In this document: in pieces, positions 1 through 9,375 of the stretch | Layout: the number at the start of each line of letters is the position of its first letter | How positions within the stretch are numbered: the stretch's first letter is position 1 | DNA from: a bacterium | GTDB taxonomy: Bacteria > UBA8248 | Reading direction: 5' to 3' | Assembly: GCA_963692865.2 (NCBI GenBank) | Contig: OY843592.1 | Span: 1,056,001-1,120,000, forward strand | Length of the DNA stretch: 64,000 nt | Notes under the pieces: model-generated | What the model saw: only the letters and a program-made list of their open reading frames with translations | Told to the model about the DNA's origin: nothing | The model's database searches: none | Translations under genes and position numbers: made by a program

Positions 1-506
1 GGCCCGGGTTTTTTGCCCCGCCCGCGCATCCATGACCCGTCCGCCATCCGGGCGAGTGCGGCCTCGGTGGGCGCGCCCTTCACCTTCGCCTCGTAGACGC
101 GGGGTATGCCGTATCTCGGGTGGGCGAGGCGGTTCGCCATCTCGCCGTCGTTGGTGAGGAGCAAGACGCCCTCCACGTCGAAATCGAGCCTGCCGACGGG
201 GAATACGCGCCTCAAGCCCTGGGGCAGCAGGTCCGCCACCGTGGGCCTGTCCTTGCCCTCCTCGTCCCGCATGGTGGTGAGCACGTTCTTCGGCTTGTTC
301 AGCACCAGGTAGACGGGCGGCTCTTTTTTCGTGATGAGCTTACCGTCCACCTTGACGGCATCGGCCAGCGGGTCCGCCTTGGCGCCCAAGGTGAGCACGC
401 GCGCTCCGTTCACCTGAACGCGGCCCTCCGCGATCAGGCGCTCCGCCTCCCTGCGCGAGGCGAGGCCCGCCTGGGCGATGATTTTCTGAAGCCTGATGGC
501 GGCCAT
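1..506 (-). CDS. rluB: rRNA pseudouridine synthase (RluB/RsuA family), runs off the window start
   Basis: The reverse strand from ATG at 506 reads MAAIRLQKIIAQAGLASRREAERLIAEGRVQVNG (S4 domain), then LVLNKPKNVLTTMRD, with a GGAG RBS upstream. It is absent from the ORF track because it is truncated. Confidence 0.85.
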   Translation of the reverse strand, partial: MAAIRLQKIIAQAGLASRREAERLIAEGRVQVNGARVLTLGAKADPLADAVKVDGKLITKKEPPVYLVLNKPKNVLTTMRDEEGKDRPTVADLLPQGLRRVFPVGRLDFDVEGVLLLTNDGEMANRLAHPRYGIPRVYEAKVKGAPTEAALARMADGSWMRGRGKKPG

Positions 507-646
507 CTTTGGTTTACTCCCTGGAATTTTCCCGAAAATTACGAATCACGCGATTATAGCCATTAGGCGCCGAACAGGGTAACCTGTCGCGCAAAGCGCA
601 TGAAAAACAGGACGACGTCCCACACTCGCTGCGAAGGAGGTCCGTT

Positions 647-1756
647 TTGCCGTCTTCTCAAACCATCATCAGCATGACGCCGGCGCACGTGTGCGTGCCG
701 CTGGAGCGGCCGCTCAAGGTGGCGACGTTCGAGGTGCGCGCCGTTGACACCTGCTGCGTCACCCTCCGCACGAAAGAAGGCTTGAAGGGCCACGGCTGGT
801 GCTTCGCCTTCGGCCCCGAGCGAACCCGCGCGATGATAGCGATGGTGCGCGATCTGTTCGCCAATCTGCTGGGCAAGGATCCGGCGGACGCCGAGACGAA
901 CTGGGAGGCGATGCGCAAGGCGGTGAGCTTCGTGGGCCGCGACGGCATCAGCGCCCTGGCGATGTCGGCGCTCGACACCGCCTGTTGGGATCTGGCCGCC
1001 CAGGCGGCGGGCCAGCCGCTCTGGAAATACCTCGGCGGCGAGAGGCGCGAGATTCCCTGCTACGCGAGCGAAGGGCTCTGGCTGAATCTCTCGATAGACG
1101 AACTCGTGGAGGAGGCCGCGGCGCTCAAGGCGCGCGGCTTCAGGGCGATGAAACTCCGCGTGGGAGGCAGGGTGGATGAGGACGTAGAGCGCATCCGCGC
1201 GGTGCGCGAGGCGATTGGGGATGAGGTGGCGCTCATGGTGGACGCCAACCAGGCCTGGGACGTCCAGACCGCGATTAGTGCGTGCAGGGCGTTCGAGCCC
1301 TTCGGCCTCTACTGGGTGGAGGAGCCGGTCGATCACGAAGACATCAGGGGATGCGCCGAGGTCGCGGAGGCCAGCAGCATCCCCATCTGCACCGGGGAGA
1401 CGAACTACAACCCGCGCGGCATGCGCCACCTGCTCGTCGCGGGCGCGGCCGACATTCTCATGCCCGATCTGGAGCGCTGCTCCGGCGTCACGGGCTGGCG
1501 TCGCGCGGCGGCGCTGGCGAAAGAGTTCGGAAAACCGGTGACCCCGCATCTGTTCCACGAGGTTTCGGCGCATCTCCTGAGCGCGGAGGAGCACGGCGTC
1601 TGGTGCGAGCACATGCCCTGGTGGGAGCGCATCATCGAGGAGCCGATGGAATTCAGGGACGGGAATCTGGTTCTCACCGACAAGCCCGGACTCGGGCTGG
1701 AATGGAAAGAGGAGGCGCTCCGGGAGTTCGCGCCCCCTGTGGGAGGGTCTCTGTAG
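647..1756 (+). CDS. Mandelate racemase/muconate lactonizing enzyme (enolase superfamily) protein
   Basis: Motifs ALDTACWDL, MKLR, MVDANQAW, WVEEP, TGE and PGLG; TTG start after an AGGAGG RBS. Confidence 0.9.
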   Translation: MPSSQTIISMTPAHVCVPLERPLKVATFEVRAVDTCCVTLRTKEGLKGHGWCFAFGPERTRAMIAMVRDLFANLLGKDPADAETNWEAMRKAVSFVGRDGISALAMSALDTACWDLAAQAAGQPLWKYLGGERREIPCYASEGLWLNLSIDELVEEAAALKARGFRAMKLRVGGRVDEDVERIRAVREAIGDEVALMVDANQAWDVQTAISACRAFEPFGLYWVEEPVDHEDIRGCAEVAEASSIPICTGETNYNPRGMRHLLVAGAADILMPDLERCSGVTGWRRAAALAKEFGKPVTPHLFHEVSAHLLSAEEHGVWCEHMPWWERIIEEPMEFRDGNLVLTDKPGLGLEWKEEALREFAPPVGGSL

Positions 1757-3090
1757 TGGGAGGGACGCTGCTGCGCGGGGGGAGCATTCTCACGCTCGAC
1801 CCCGTGCTGGGTGATATCGAAGGCGGCGACCTGCTCATCGAGGACGATGAGATAAGAGAAGTCGGCCGCAACGTCCATGCGCCCGAGGCCGAGGAGGTGG
1901 ACGCGGGCGACTTCATCGTTACGCCGGGTTTCGTGAACGCCCACCAGCACACCTGGCAGACGGGCATCCGCGGGATCGCCGGCGACTGGACGCTGGCGGA
2001 GTATGTCCGCCAGATGCACGAGGGCTTCGGCCCCCGGTTTCAGCCGGAAGACGTATATCTCGCGAATCTCGTAGGCGCGCTCAACCAGCTGAACGGCGGC
2101 GTCACGACGCTCTTCGACTGGTGCCACAACAACCCCACGCCCGAGCACACCGATGCGGGCTTAGACGGCCTGGAAGAGGCGGGCATCCGCGCGGTTTTCG
2201 GCCACGGGACGCCCAAGCCCAAAATCGCGGAGGGTGAGACGCCGCTCAGCCACAGGCCGCACCCTCCCGAAGAGGTAAGGCGCCTGCGGGCGGGGCGGCT
2301 GGCCGCGGACGACGGCCTCATCAAGCTGGCCCTGGCCACGAGAGGCCCCGATCTCTCCACGCTCGAGATGTGCGTGCACGACATCTGTCTGGCCCGCGAA
2401 TACGATTTGCTCTGGAGCGCGCACATCGGCGGCGGATTCCACCGGGTGACGCCAGACGGCGTCAGGCGGTTGGCGCGGGAGGGACTTCTGGGGCCCGACT
2501 TCAACGCCGTGCACGCGAACCAGTTGAGCGAGGAGGAGTTGAGAATCCTCGTCGATTCGGGCTGTTCGGTCACCTCCTGCCCCGAGGTGGAGATGCAGAT
2601 GGGCCACGGGGAACCCGTCATCGGACGCGTCCTGGCCCTGGGCGGCAGGCCGACGCTCGGGATCGACGTGGAATCGAACGTCAGCGGCGACATGTTCACC
2701 ATGATGCGGGCGGGTCTTCAGTTTGCCCGCGCGCAGGAGAACCGGAAGATACTCGACGGGAGAACCTCGCCGACGCAAATCGCGATTCCCGCGAGGCGCG
2801 CGCTGGAGTGGGCGACGATAGACGGCGCGAACGCCCTGGGGCTCGGATACAAGGCGGGCACGCTCAAGCCCGGCAAGCAGGCGGACATCGTCCTGATCAA
2901 AAAGACCGACCTGAACCTCTATCCCGTGCACGATTCTCTTGAAACAGTAGTTTTCCAGGCGTCCTTCGCCAATGTCGATACGGTTTACGTGGCCGGAAAG
3001 GTCGTGAAGAAAGACGGAAAACTGCTCTACCCCCGCCTCCGGGAGAAGATGGAGGCGTTGGCGGAATCGGGCCGGAGGTTGCTACACTAG
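1756..3090 (+). CDS. Metal-dependent amidohydrolase/deaminase (SsnA/MTA-SAH deaminase-like)
   Basis: PGFVNAHQH, GVTT, SAH, AVHA, LGID and GKQADIV motifs. The GTG start at 1756 overlaps the upstream TAG; the listed start at 1282 is an over-extension. Confidence 0.88.
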   Translation: MGGTLLRGGSILTLDPVLGDIEGGDLLIEDDEIREVGRNVHAPEAEEVDAGDFIVTPGFVNAHQHTWQTGIRGIAGDWTLAEYVRQMHEGFGPRFQPEDVYLANLVGALNQLNGGVTTLFDWCHNNPTPEHTDAGLDGLEEAGIRAVFGHGTPKPKIAEGETPLSHRPHPPEEVRRLRAGRLAADDGLIKLALATRGPDLSTLEMCVHDICLAREYDLLWSAHIGGGFHRVTPDGVRRLAREGLLGPDFNAVHANQLSEEELRILVDSGCSVTSCPEVEMQMGHGEPVIGRVLALGGRPTLGIDVESNVSGDMFTMMRAGLQFARAQENRKILDGRTSPTQIAIPARRALEWATIDGANALGLGYKAGTLKPGKQADIVLIKKTDLNLYPVHDSLETVVFQASFANVDTVYVAGKVVKKDGKLLYPRLREKMEALAESGRRLLH

Positions 3091-3138
3091 CGCGCTCATC
3101 GGCATATACCGGTTTTCATACATCACCCATCATGGAGA

Positions 3139-3885
3139 ATGAAAATGAGACTCGCGCTTTATTCCGACATTCATGCCCAACTCGCGCCTCTGGACGCCGT
3201 TCTGGCGGAAGTAGACAAGTACGACGCGCACTGGGAGATCGTGCCCGGCGATCACGTGATGGGCGGGCCGGAGCCGGGCGAGGTGGTGGATCGCCTGCGT
3301 TCCCGGAAAAACTGTCTGCCCATACTGGGGAATTTCGACCGCTGGGTCATCGACCACGTCGATGAGGGGGAAAACGATTTTCCCGCGCGGAACGAGAGTT
3401 CGCGCCTGACGCGCGAGCACCTGAGCGAAGATCAACTCGACTGGCTCCGGGGCCTGCCCCGCGAAATGACGATCACGCCCGAACCCGGCCACGACCTCCG
3501 CATCTTCCACGGCTCGCCGGGCAACGACGAGGGCGCGCTCCCGCTCAGGCTTACCGACGATGAGATCATCAAGCGCCTCGCGGGGGAGAAATCGGAAGTC
3601 GTGGCCTTCGGGCAGTGTCACGGCCCCTATATCCGCCAGGTCGGGAACCAGACCCTGGTGTGCGCCGCTTCCGCCGCCGTGAACTGGGACGGGGACAACC
3701 GCCCCGCCTACGTCCTGCTCGAATACCAGGGAGGCGGGAACTGGGAAGGGGAGATTCACCGCGTCGAGTATGATTTCGAGGAACAGGCGCGCAAGAACGA
3801 AGAGAGCTGGGACCCGGGCGGGGACAAGCAGGCCCACACGATTCGCACGGGCGAGTTCTGGAACCCGGCCCACATGCCCCACTAG
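3139..3885 (+). CDS. Calcineurin-like metallophosphoesterase
   Basis: SDIH, GDHV, GNFD, FHGSP and FGQCH, a variant of the DxH/GD/GNH/H/GHxH signature. Confidence 0.85.
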   Translation: MKMRLALYSDIHAQLAPLDAVLAEVDKYDAHWEIVPGDHVMGGPEPGEVVDRLRSRKNCLPILGNFDRWVIDHVDEGENDFPARNESSRLTREHLSEDQLDWLRGLPREMTITPEPGHDLRIFHGSPGNDEGALPLRLTDDEIIKRLAGEKSEVVAFGQCHGPYIRQVGNQTLVCAASAAVNWDGDNRPAYVLLEYQGGGNWEGEIHRVEYDFEEQARKNEESWDPGGDKQAHTIRTGEFWNPAHMPH

Positions 3886-3897
3886 ATAAGCGGAAAG

Positions 3898-3950
3898 TCC
3901 CCACTCAAGCATAGAATGAAGACTGGGTGGGGGTTTTTCTTCTCCTTTTT
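3898..3950 (+). terminator. Possible intrinsic terminator
   Basis: CCCCACTC...GGGTGGGG stem followed by T-rich tracts just after the stop at 3885; the loop is long. Confidence 0.4.
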
Positions 3951-4179
3951 TTCGCACGGTTTCATTTTTTTCAGAAAATACCGGCTTCCCAGGGGAAGGC
4001 GGAGCGTATTTTGTGGCATGTTTTAGGAGATGGGGGTATTATCTATCATAGAGAAGGCGGCATCCGGTGCATTGGTGAGGGCATGGCATCGGGAGCTGGC
4101 GATTTATGGAGACAAAAGAGGCGAGGAAATTTCGAATTCTGTCTCGAGTCCCGTTGGACATTGCCTGGAGGGCCGGAAA

Positions 4180-5598
4180 ATGAATATACCTTCTTCAGAG
4201 AATCCCGTTCCTGCCGAGGCGGGGACGGCAAGAGCCCAAAACGGCGGTACGAACGGCCAGAACCTGTTGTCCATCGACCCGCCTCGCTACAAGCCGATAG
4301 TGGTTCAGCAAATAGACAAAGTTCCCGAACTCCAGAGCCTGCCCGAAGACATCCGCTTCAGCATGAAGGTGGTGGGGCACGTGCTGCCCTTCCGCACGAA
4401 CCGCTACATGGTGGAGAATCTCATCGATTGGGACAACGTGCCCGAGGATCCATTGTTCCAACTCTCTTTTCCCCAGGAGGGGATGATCTCGAAAGAGGAT
4501 TTCGACTGCGTGGCGGACCTCCTGAGGCGGGACGCGCCCAAGGAGCAACTCAACGCCGCCATTCACGAGATCAGGGCCGGCCTGAACCCGCATCCCGCCG
4601 GGCAGCAGACGCTGAACGTGCCCACCCTCGACGACGAGCACCTGGAAGGAATGCAGCACAAATACCACGAGACGGTGCTCTTCTTCCCCGGCCAGGGACA
4701 GACGTGCCACGCCTACTGCACCTTCTGTTTCCGCTGGGCGCAGTTCGTGGGGGACAAGGAGCTTCGCTTCATCTCGACGGACGCGGACATGCTGCACAGG
4801 TATCTCGCCGAGCACAAGGAGGTTACGGACGTCCTCTTCACCGGCGGCGACCCGATGATCATGAAGACCAAGGCGCTAGAGGGCTATATGCTGCCCCTGC
4901 TCGACGATTCGCGCTTCGCGCACATCCGCGACATCCGCATCGGCTCGAAGGCGCTGACGTTCTGGCCGTATCGCTTCACCTCGGACGCCGATGCGGACGA
5001 TGCGCTTCGCCTTTTCGAGAAACTTGTGAAGGGCGGCAAGCACGTCGCCATCATGGCGCACTTCAACCACGAGCGTGAAGTTCAGACTCCGACGGCGCGC
5101 GAGGCGATCCGAAGGGTGCGGGATACGGGCGTCGTCATACGGACGCAGGCGCCGCTTCTCAGGCACATCAACGACGACGCGGACATGTGGGCGCGCATGT
5201 GGAAGGAGCAGGTGCGTCTGGGCCTGATACCCTATTACATGTTCGTGGAAAGGGACACGGGCGCCAAGCGCTACTTCGAACTGCCTCTGGTGGAAGCGCA
5301 CGCGATCTACCGGAGGGCGTACTCCCAGGTGTCCGGTCTGGCGCGCACCGCGCGGGGTCCCTCGATGAGCGCGGCGCCCGGCAAGGTGCAGGTCCTGGGG
5401 ATAGAAGAGATCCGCGGCGAGCGCATCATGGCGCTTCAGTTCCTCCAGGCGAGAAACCCCGAGTGGCTGGGCCGCGTCTTCTTCGCCGAGTATGACGAAA
5501 AAGCCACCTGGCTCACCGGCCTCAAGCCGGCCTTCGGGGAGGATAAGTTCTTCTACGAAGCGGATTTCGAGGCGATGAAGCAACGCCTGGCGAGTTAG
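4180..5598 (+). CDS. KamA-family radical SAM amino acid 2,3-aminomutase-like protein
   Basis: QHKY.ETVLFFP, CHAYCTFC (CxxxCxxC), VLFTGGDP, HFNH, PYYMFVERD and MSAAPGKV (putative PLP lysine); ATG at 4180 after GGAGG. Confidence 0.88.
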   Translation: MNIPSSENPVPAEAGTARAQNGGTNGQNLLSIDPPRYKPIVVQQIDKVPELQSLPEDIRFSMKVVGHVLPFRTNRYMVENLIDWDNVPEDPLFQLSFPQEGMISKEDFDCVADLLRRDAPKEQLNAAIHEIRAGLNPHPAGQQTLNVPTLDDEHLEGMQHKYHETVLFFPGQGQTCHAYCTFCFRWAQFVGDKELRFISTDADMLHRYLAEHKEVTDVLFTGGDPMIMKTKALEGYMLPLLDDSRFAHIRDIRIGSKALTFWPYRFTSDADADDALRLFEKLVKGGKHVAIMAHFNHEREVQTPTAREAIRRVRDTGVVIRTQAPLLRHINDDADMWARMWKEQVRLGLIPYYMFVERDTGAKRYFELPLVEAHAIYRRAYSQVSGLARTARGPSMSAAPGKVQVLGIEEIRGERIMALQFLQARNPEWLGRVFFAEYDEKATWLTGLKPAFGEDKFFYEADFEAMKQRLAS

Positions 5599-5626
5599 GG
5601 GTACGGATTCTCCGCGCTGCGTATGG

Positions 5627-6094
5627 TTATTTCTTCGCCATTCGCAGCACCTCGTCGAATTCCTTTCTGGTCACGGGCTGGACGCTCAGGCGCTGCCCGC
5701 GCTGGGTGACGCGCATCTGCGCGAGTTTCGGATTTTCCTTGAGTTCATTGAGCGAGACGGGACGGGGGAGTTTTTCCATCGCCTGCAGATCGACCATCTG
5801 CCAGCGCGGGGCGTCGGTGGGGGCCTTCGGGTCGTAGTATTTGGATTTCTTGTCGTATTGGGTGTGGTCGGGGTACGCCTCTTTCGCCACCCGGGCGGTT
5901 CCCGCCACGTGGGGCGGCTTTGCGTTCGAGTGATAAAAGAGAACGAAGTCGCCCGCCTTCATCTCCATCATGAAGTTTCTGGCCTGGTAGTTTCGGATGC
6001 CGTCCCAGCAGGCGGTCCGCTCGGGCTCCCCCATGAGGTCGTCGAACGAATATGCGTCCGGTTCGCTCTTCATGAGCCAGTATCTTCGGGCCAT
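5627..6094 (-). CDS. EVE domain protein (thymocyte nuclear protein 1-like)
   Basis: YWLMKSEP, WDGIRNYQARN, FYHSN and RLSVQPV motifs. Confidence 0.95.
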   Translation of the reverse strand: MARRYWLMKSEPDAYSFDDLMGEPERTACWDGIRNYQARNFMMEMKAGDFVLFYHSNAKPPHVAGTARVAKEAYPDHTQYDKKSKYYDPKAPTDAPRWQMVDLQAMEKLPRPVSLNELKENPKLAQMRVTQRGQRLSVQPVTRKEFDEVLRMAKK

Positions 6095-6190
6095 CGAAAT
6101 CGCATCTCCATGTGTCGGCGTGGATGAAACCTGGGTTCCGGGAAGACTACCACGTCGCGGCTGATGGTGAAATATGAGCGAGCGGCGCGC

Positions 6191-7135
6191 CTATGAAGGA
6201 GTCTTCACCTCGCCCGCGATTTGAAGGTCGGCGAGCTTCAGGGTGCGGGATATGAAATCGTTGCACGGCGTCTCGACGCCCACCTCCGCCCCGATGCGCG
6301 AGACCGTTCCGCACAAGGCGTCGATCTCGAGGCGCCTGCCCGCTTCGAGGTCGTGGCACAGGCTGCCCTTGCTGGCCGGGTTTTGCTCGTCGATGAAGCG
6401 GTAGCGCCCCTCGTCCGCGCCGTCGGGCAGGTTCACGCCCTTCGCCCGGCCCACCAGAAAGACCTCGCGCATCGTCTCGCGCATCATGTTCCGGGTGCCC
6501 TCGTACGCCATGATTTCGCCGATCGTAGAGCGCGTGAGCGCCGTCACCCCCCCGACCGCGCAGATGAAGATGAACTTCGTCCAAAGCTCCGCCTCGATGT
6601 CTTCGGAGTATTCGGCGTTGATTTCCGCGTCTTTCAGTTCAGCCAGTATCTCATCGCCGTGCCCGCTCGCGCCGCCTCCCATCTCGCCGAAAACCATTCG
6701 CCTCGGGCCGCCGATCTGCCGGATGAGGCCCGGCGCAGCAATAGAGGTGAATATGTAGGCGGCTCCGCCCATCACCCGCTCGGCGCCGTAGACGGCCGCC
6801 AGTTTTTCCTCGCCCTCCACGCCGTTTTGGAGGTTCACGATCACGGAGTCTGCGCCGACCATGGGCGCGACGGCGGGAACGGCGGCTTCGTTCGCGGTCG
6901 TTTTCACGCAGTAGAGGACGACGTCGCAAACGCCCGCCTCCGCGGGCGAATCCGTGAAGACTCCTTCGCGTACGGTGAACTCGCCGGGCGCGACGCTCTC
7001 CACGCGAAGTCCCTCTTTTCGCATGGCTTCCAGGTGCGCGCCGCGCGCGACGAAGGCGACTTCCTTGCCGCTCCTCGCCAGCATGGCGCCGAAGTAGCCG
7101 CCCACGCCTCCCGCCGCCATGATTCCGAAACGCAT
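6191..7135 (-). CDS. panE: 2-dehydropantoate 2-reductase (ApbA/PanE family)
   Basis: AAGGVGGYFG, CVK, LQNGV, LWTKF and SLCHDLEAGRRLEID motifs. The physiological substrate is not certain. Confidence 0.8.
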   Translation of the reverse strand: MRFGIMAAGGVGGYFGAMLARSGKEVAFVARGAHLEAMRKEGLRVESVAPGEFTVREGVFTDSPAEAGVCDVVLYCVKTTANEAAVPAVAPMVGADSVIVNLQNGVEGEEKLAAVYGAERVMGGAAYIFTSIAAPGLIRQIGGPRRMVFGEMGGGASGHGDEILAELKDAEINAEYSEDIEAELWTKFIFICAVGGVTALTRSTIGEIMAYEGTRNMMRETMREVFLVGRAKGVNLPDGADEGRYRFIDEQNPASKGSLCHDLEAGRRLEIDALCGTVSRIGAEVGVETPCNDFISRTLKLADLQIAGEVKTPS

Positions 7136-7178
7136 ATTCCATCCTTTCGCAAAAAAGGCCCGTCCGCCTCTCCGGAAG

Positions 7179-7213
7179 AAAAAAAGGAGGAAAGCCCGGG
7201 CTCTCCTCCTTTT
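7179..7213 (-). terminator. Intrinsic terminator downstream of scpB
   Basis: AAAAGGAGGA-N12-TCCTCCTTTT hairpin with a U-run on the minus strand. Confidence 0.6.
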
Positions 7214-7240
7214 GGTTGTAACAGAATGTCGGGGGCTTCG

Positions 7241-8191
7241 TCAGGAGGCGGCCTCCAGTTTCTTCCCGACGTCTTCGGGCGCAACGGCTTTTTCCGTGGG
7301 GGCCTCCTCCGCATGACCGTTTGCGTGGCCGTTCGTATGCCCGTTCGAAGGCGGCGCCTCCGCCTCGGCGCCGAGCGCGACGATTTCTTCTTGACCTTCG
7401 GCCGGCGACAAGTCGGGTTTCTCGGTCGTCTCGAACTCCTCGGGCTTCGGCATGTCCGAGAGGCTCTTGAAGCCGAAGTGCTCCAGGAACAGCGGCGTGG
7501 TGCCGTAGACGATGGGCCGGCCCACGACGTCGCGCCGCCCGAGGATGCGGATGAGGCCGCGCTCGAGCAGGGTGTGCAGCACGCCGCCGCAATCCACCCG
7601 TCTGATCTCCTCGACCTCCGCTTTGGTGATGGGTTGCTTGTAGGCCAGGATGGCCAGGGTTTCGAGCGCCGCCTGGGACAGTTTGGTTTTTTTCTCCGTT
7701 TTGGAGAAGCGCTTCACCCAGGGGGAGAACTCGGCTCTCGTGCACAGGCGGAAACCCTCGGCCACTTCGATGATCTGCAGGGTTTTGTCCCGATACTCCT
7801 CGACCAGTTCGCCCAGGAGTTTTCGGACGACCTTGACGTTCACGTTGGACACGCCCTTGAACAGAAAAGAGATGTCCCGCGGCCTGAGCGGCTCGCTCGC
7901 GACGAAGAGAATGGACTCGACGATTCGTTTCGTCTCGGCCAGGTCCATGACGAGCGGCGCGTCTTTGTCGATTTCTCCGACGTCCTCGTCATCGGCCGTC
8001 TCGATGTGCTCTTGCGACTCGTCAATCTCGAAAGTCGTCTCTTCGCGAAGCTCTTCCATGGCCTCCATCTGGTGCGCGGCCAGAGCCTTGGCCGCGGCCT
8101 CCGGGGATGACGCCTCATCCTCGGCGAGTTCGAAGGGAACCTGCGTTTCCGCTTCCCTGGTCTTCCGGTTTTCCTGTTTGGAGTTATTCAT
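7241..8191 (-). CDS. scpB: SMC-Scp complex subunit ScpB, with acidic N- and C-terminal extensions
   Basis: ESILF, LSQAALETLAILAYKQPITKAEVEEIR and GRPIVYGTT..FLEHFG motifs. Confidence 0.95.
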   Translation of the reverse strand: MNNSKQENRKTREAETQVPFELAEDEASSPEAAAKALAAHQMEAMEELREETTFEIDESQEHIETADDEDVGEIDKDAPLVMDLAETKRIVESILFVASEPLRPRDISFLFKGVSNVNVKVVRKLLGELVEEYRDKTLQIIEVAEGFRLCTRAEFSPWVKRFSKTEKKTKLSQAALETLAILAYKQPITKAEVEEIRRVDCGGVLHTLLERGLIRILGRRDVVGRPIVYGTTPLFLEHFGFKSLSDMPKPEEFETTEKPDLSPAEGQEEIVALGAEAEAPPSNGHTNGHANGHAEEAPTEKAVAPEDVGKKLEAAS

Positions 8192-9119
8192 CACGCACCG
8201 CCTTCGTAATACGGATTTCACCGAAATTGGACGCCTGTTGCGCCACGACGAGATTTCCCTTGATGAGTTCCAGGAGCGCCAGGAATATCGCCACCACTTC
8301 GAGCACGCGCTTCGTCTGGAACAACGAGTGGAAGAGCACTCCGCCCCCGCCTGCGTCCTCCAGGGTGTCCATGAGCATGGTTCTCATGTCGGCGACTTCG
8401 AGCTCGTCGATGTCCACGAGGTGAACGCCCTCTTCCCCGATGGATTCGATGAGGTGCTGCATGGCGCTGATGAGGTCGAACACCGTCACCTGCAGTTTGG
8501 GCGTTTCTTCTTCCTCGTCTTCTTCCAGGAGGAAGGGGTCGCCGCTCCGCGTATAGAGCCAGGATTGCTCTTCCTCGGCGTGGCGGAACGCCTGGCTGAT
8601 TTTCTTGAATTTCTGGTATTCGATGAGCTGGCGCTGGAGTTCCTGGCGCAGGATTTCGGGGTCTTCCTCTTCCGTGTCATCGTCGGTTCTGGGTAGAAGC
8701 GTCCTGCTCTTGACGTAGACGAGATACGAGGCCATGACGAGGTATTCCGACGCGAGGTTGATGTTCAGCTTTTTGAGCAGTTCCACGTACTTGAGGTATT
8801 GATCCGTGATGAACGCGACCGGAATGTCGTTGATGTCGAGTCTGTGCTCGCGCACCAGGTGGAGCAGCAGTTCGAGCGGCCCTTCGAAAACGTCGATTTT
8901 GACGTTGAACCGCTCGGGAGCATCCGCCGATCCGGAGACGGTCTCTTGAATCTCCGGGTAATCCGCCATGGGAGCGCGTTCGGAATCGAGGATTTCCCAA
9001 TTCTCCGGGTTTCCCGCGGACATGTCGCTGCCCCAAGGGAGATCGGTGGGCTCGATTGCCCCGGAAGGCGCAGACGCACCTTCGGAGTCTGGCGTGTTTT
9101 CTGGGGGATTCATCCTCAC
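8184..9119 (-). CDS. scpA: Segregation and condensation protein ScpA
   Basis: FEGPLELLLHLV, ITDQYL, SEYLVMAS, KSRTLLP and FLALLEL motifs. The start codon is uncertain. Confidence 0.93.
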   Translation of the reverse strand: MRMNPPENTPDSEGASAPSGAIEPTDLPWGSDMSAGNPENWEILDSERAPMADYPEIQETVSGSADAPERFNVKIDVFEGPLELLLHLVREHRLDINDIPVAFITDQYLKYVELLKKLNINLASEYLVMASYLVYVKSRTLLPRTDDDTEEEDPEILRQELQRQLIEYQKFKKISQAFRHAEEEQSWLYTRSGDPFLLEEDEEEETPKLQVTVFDLISAMQHLIESIGEEGVHLVDIDELEVADMRTMLMDTLEDAGGGGVLFHSLFQTKRVLEVVAIFLALLELIKGNLVVAQQASNFGEIRITKAVRDE

Positions 9120-9375
9120 CCCGGATGGGCGGAACGGGAGGGGCGTATCGCGGACGATTCGGCGAGCCCGTATATGGAAAGGCCCTTCATCGCCCTGGAA
9201 TTACTCTCAAGCCTAGGAAATACGGGTGTTTTTGTCAAATGGAAAAAATCGGGCTTATCCGCAAGGATTCAAACTCTTATGTGGACGTTTCCATGCGAGC
9301 CTCCTCGCCCGCCTTGAGGGGCGCGCGCCTCTGGGGGATAATCGCGGGGGCGCTCATCTCTGCGAGGAGGAATTG

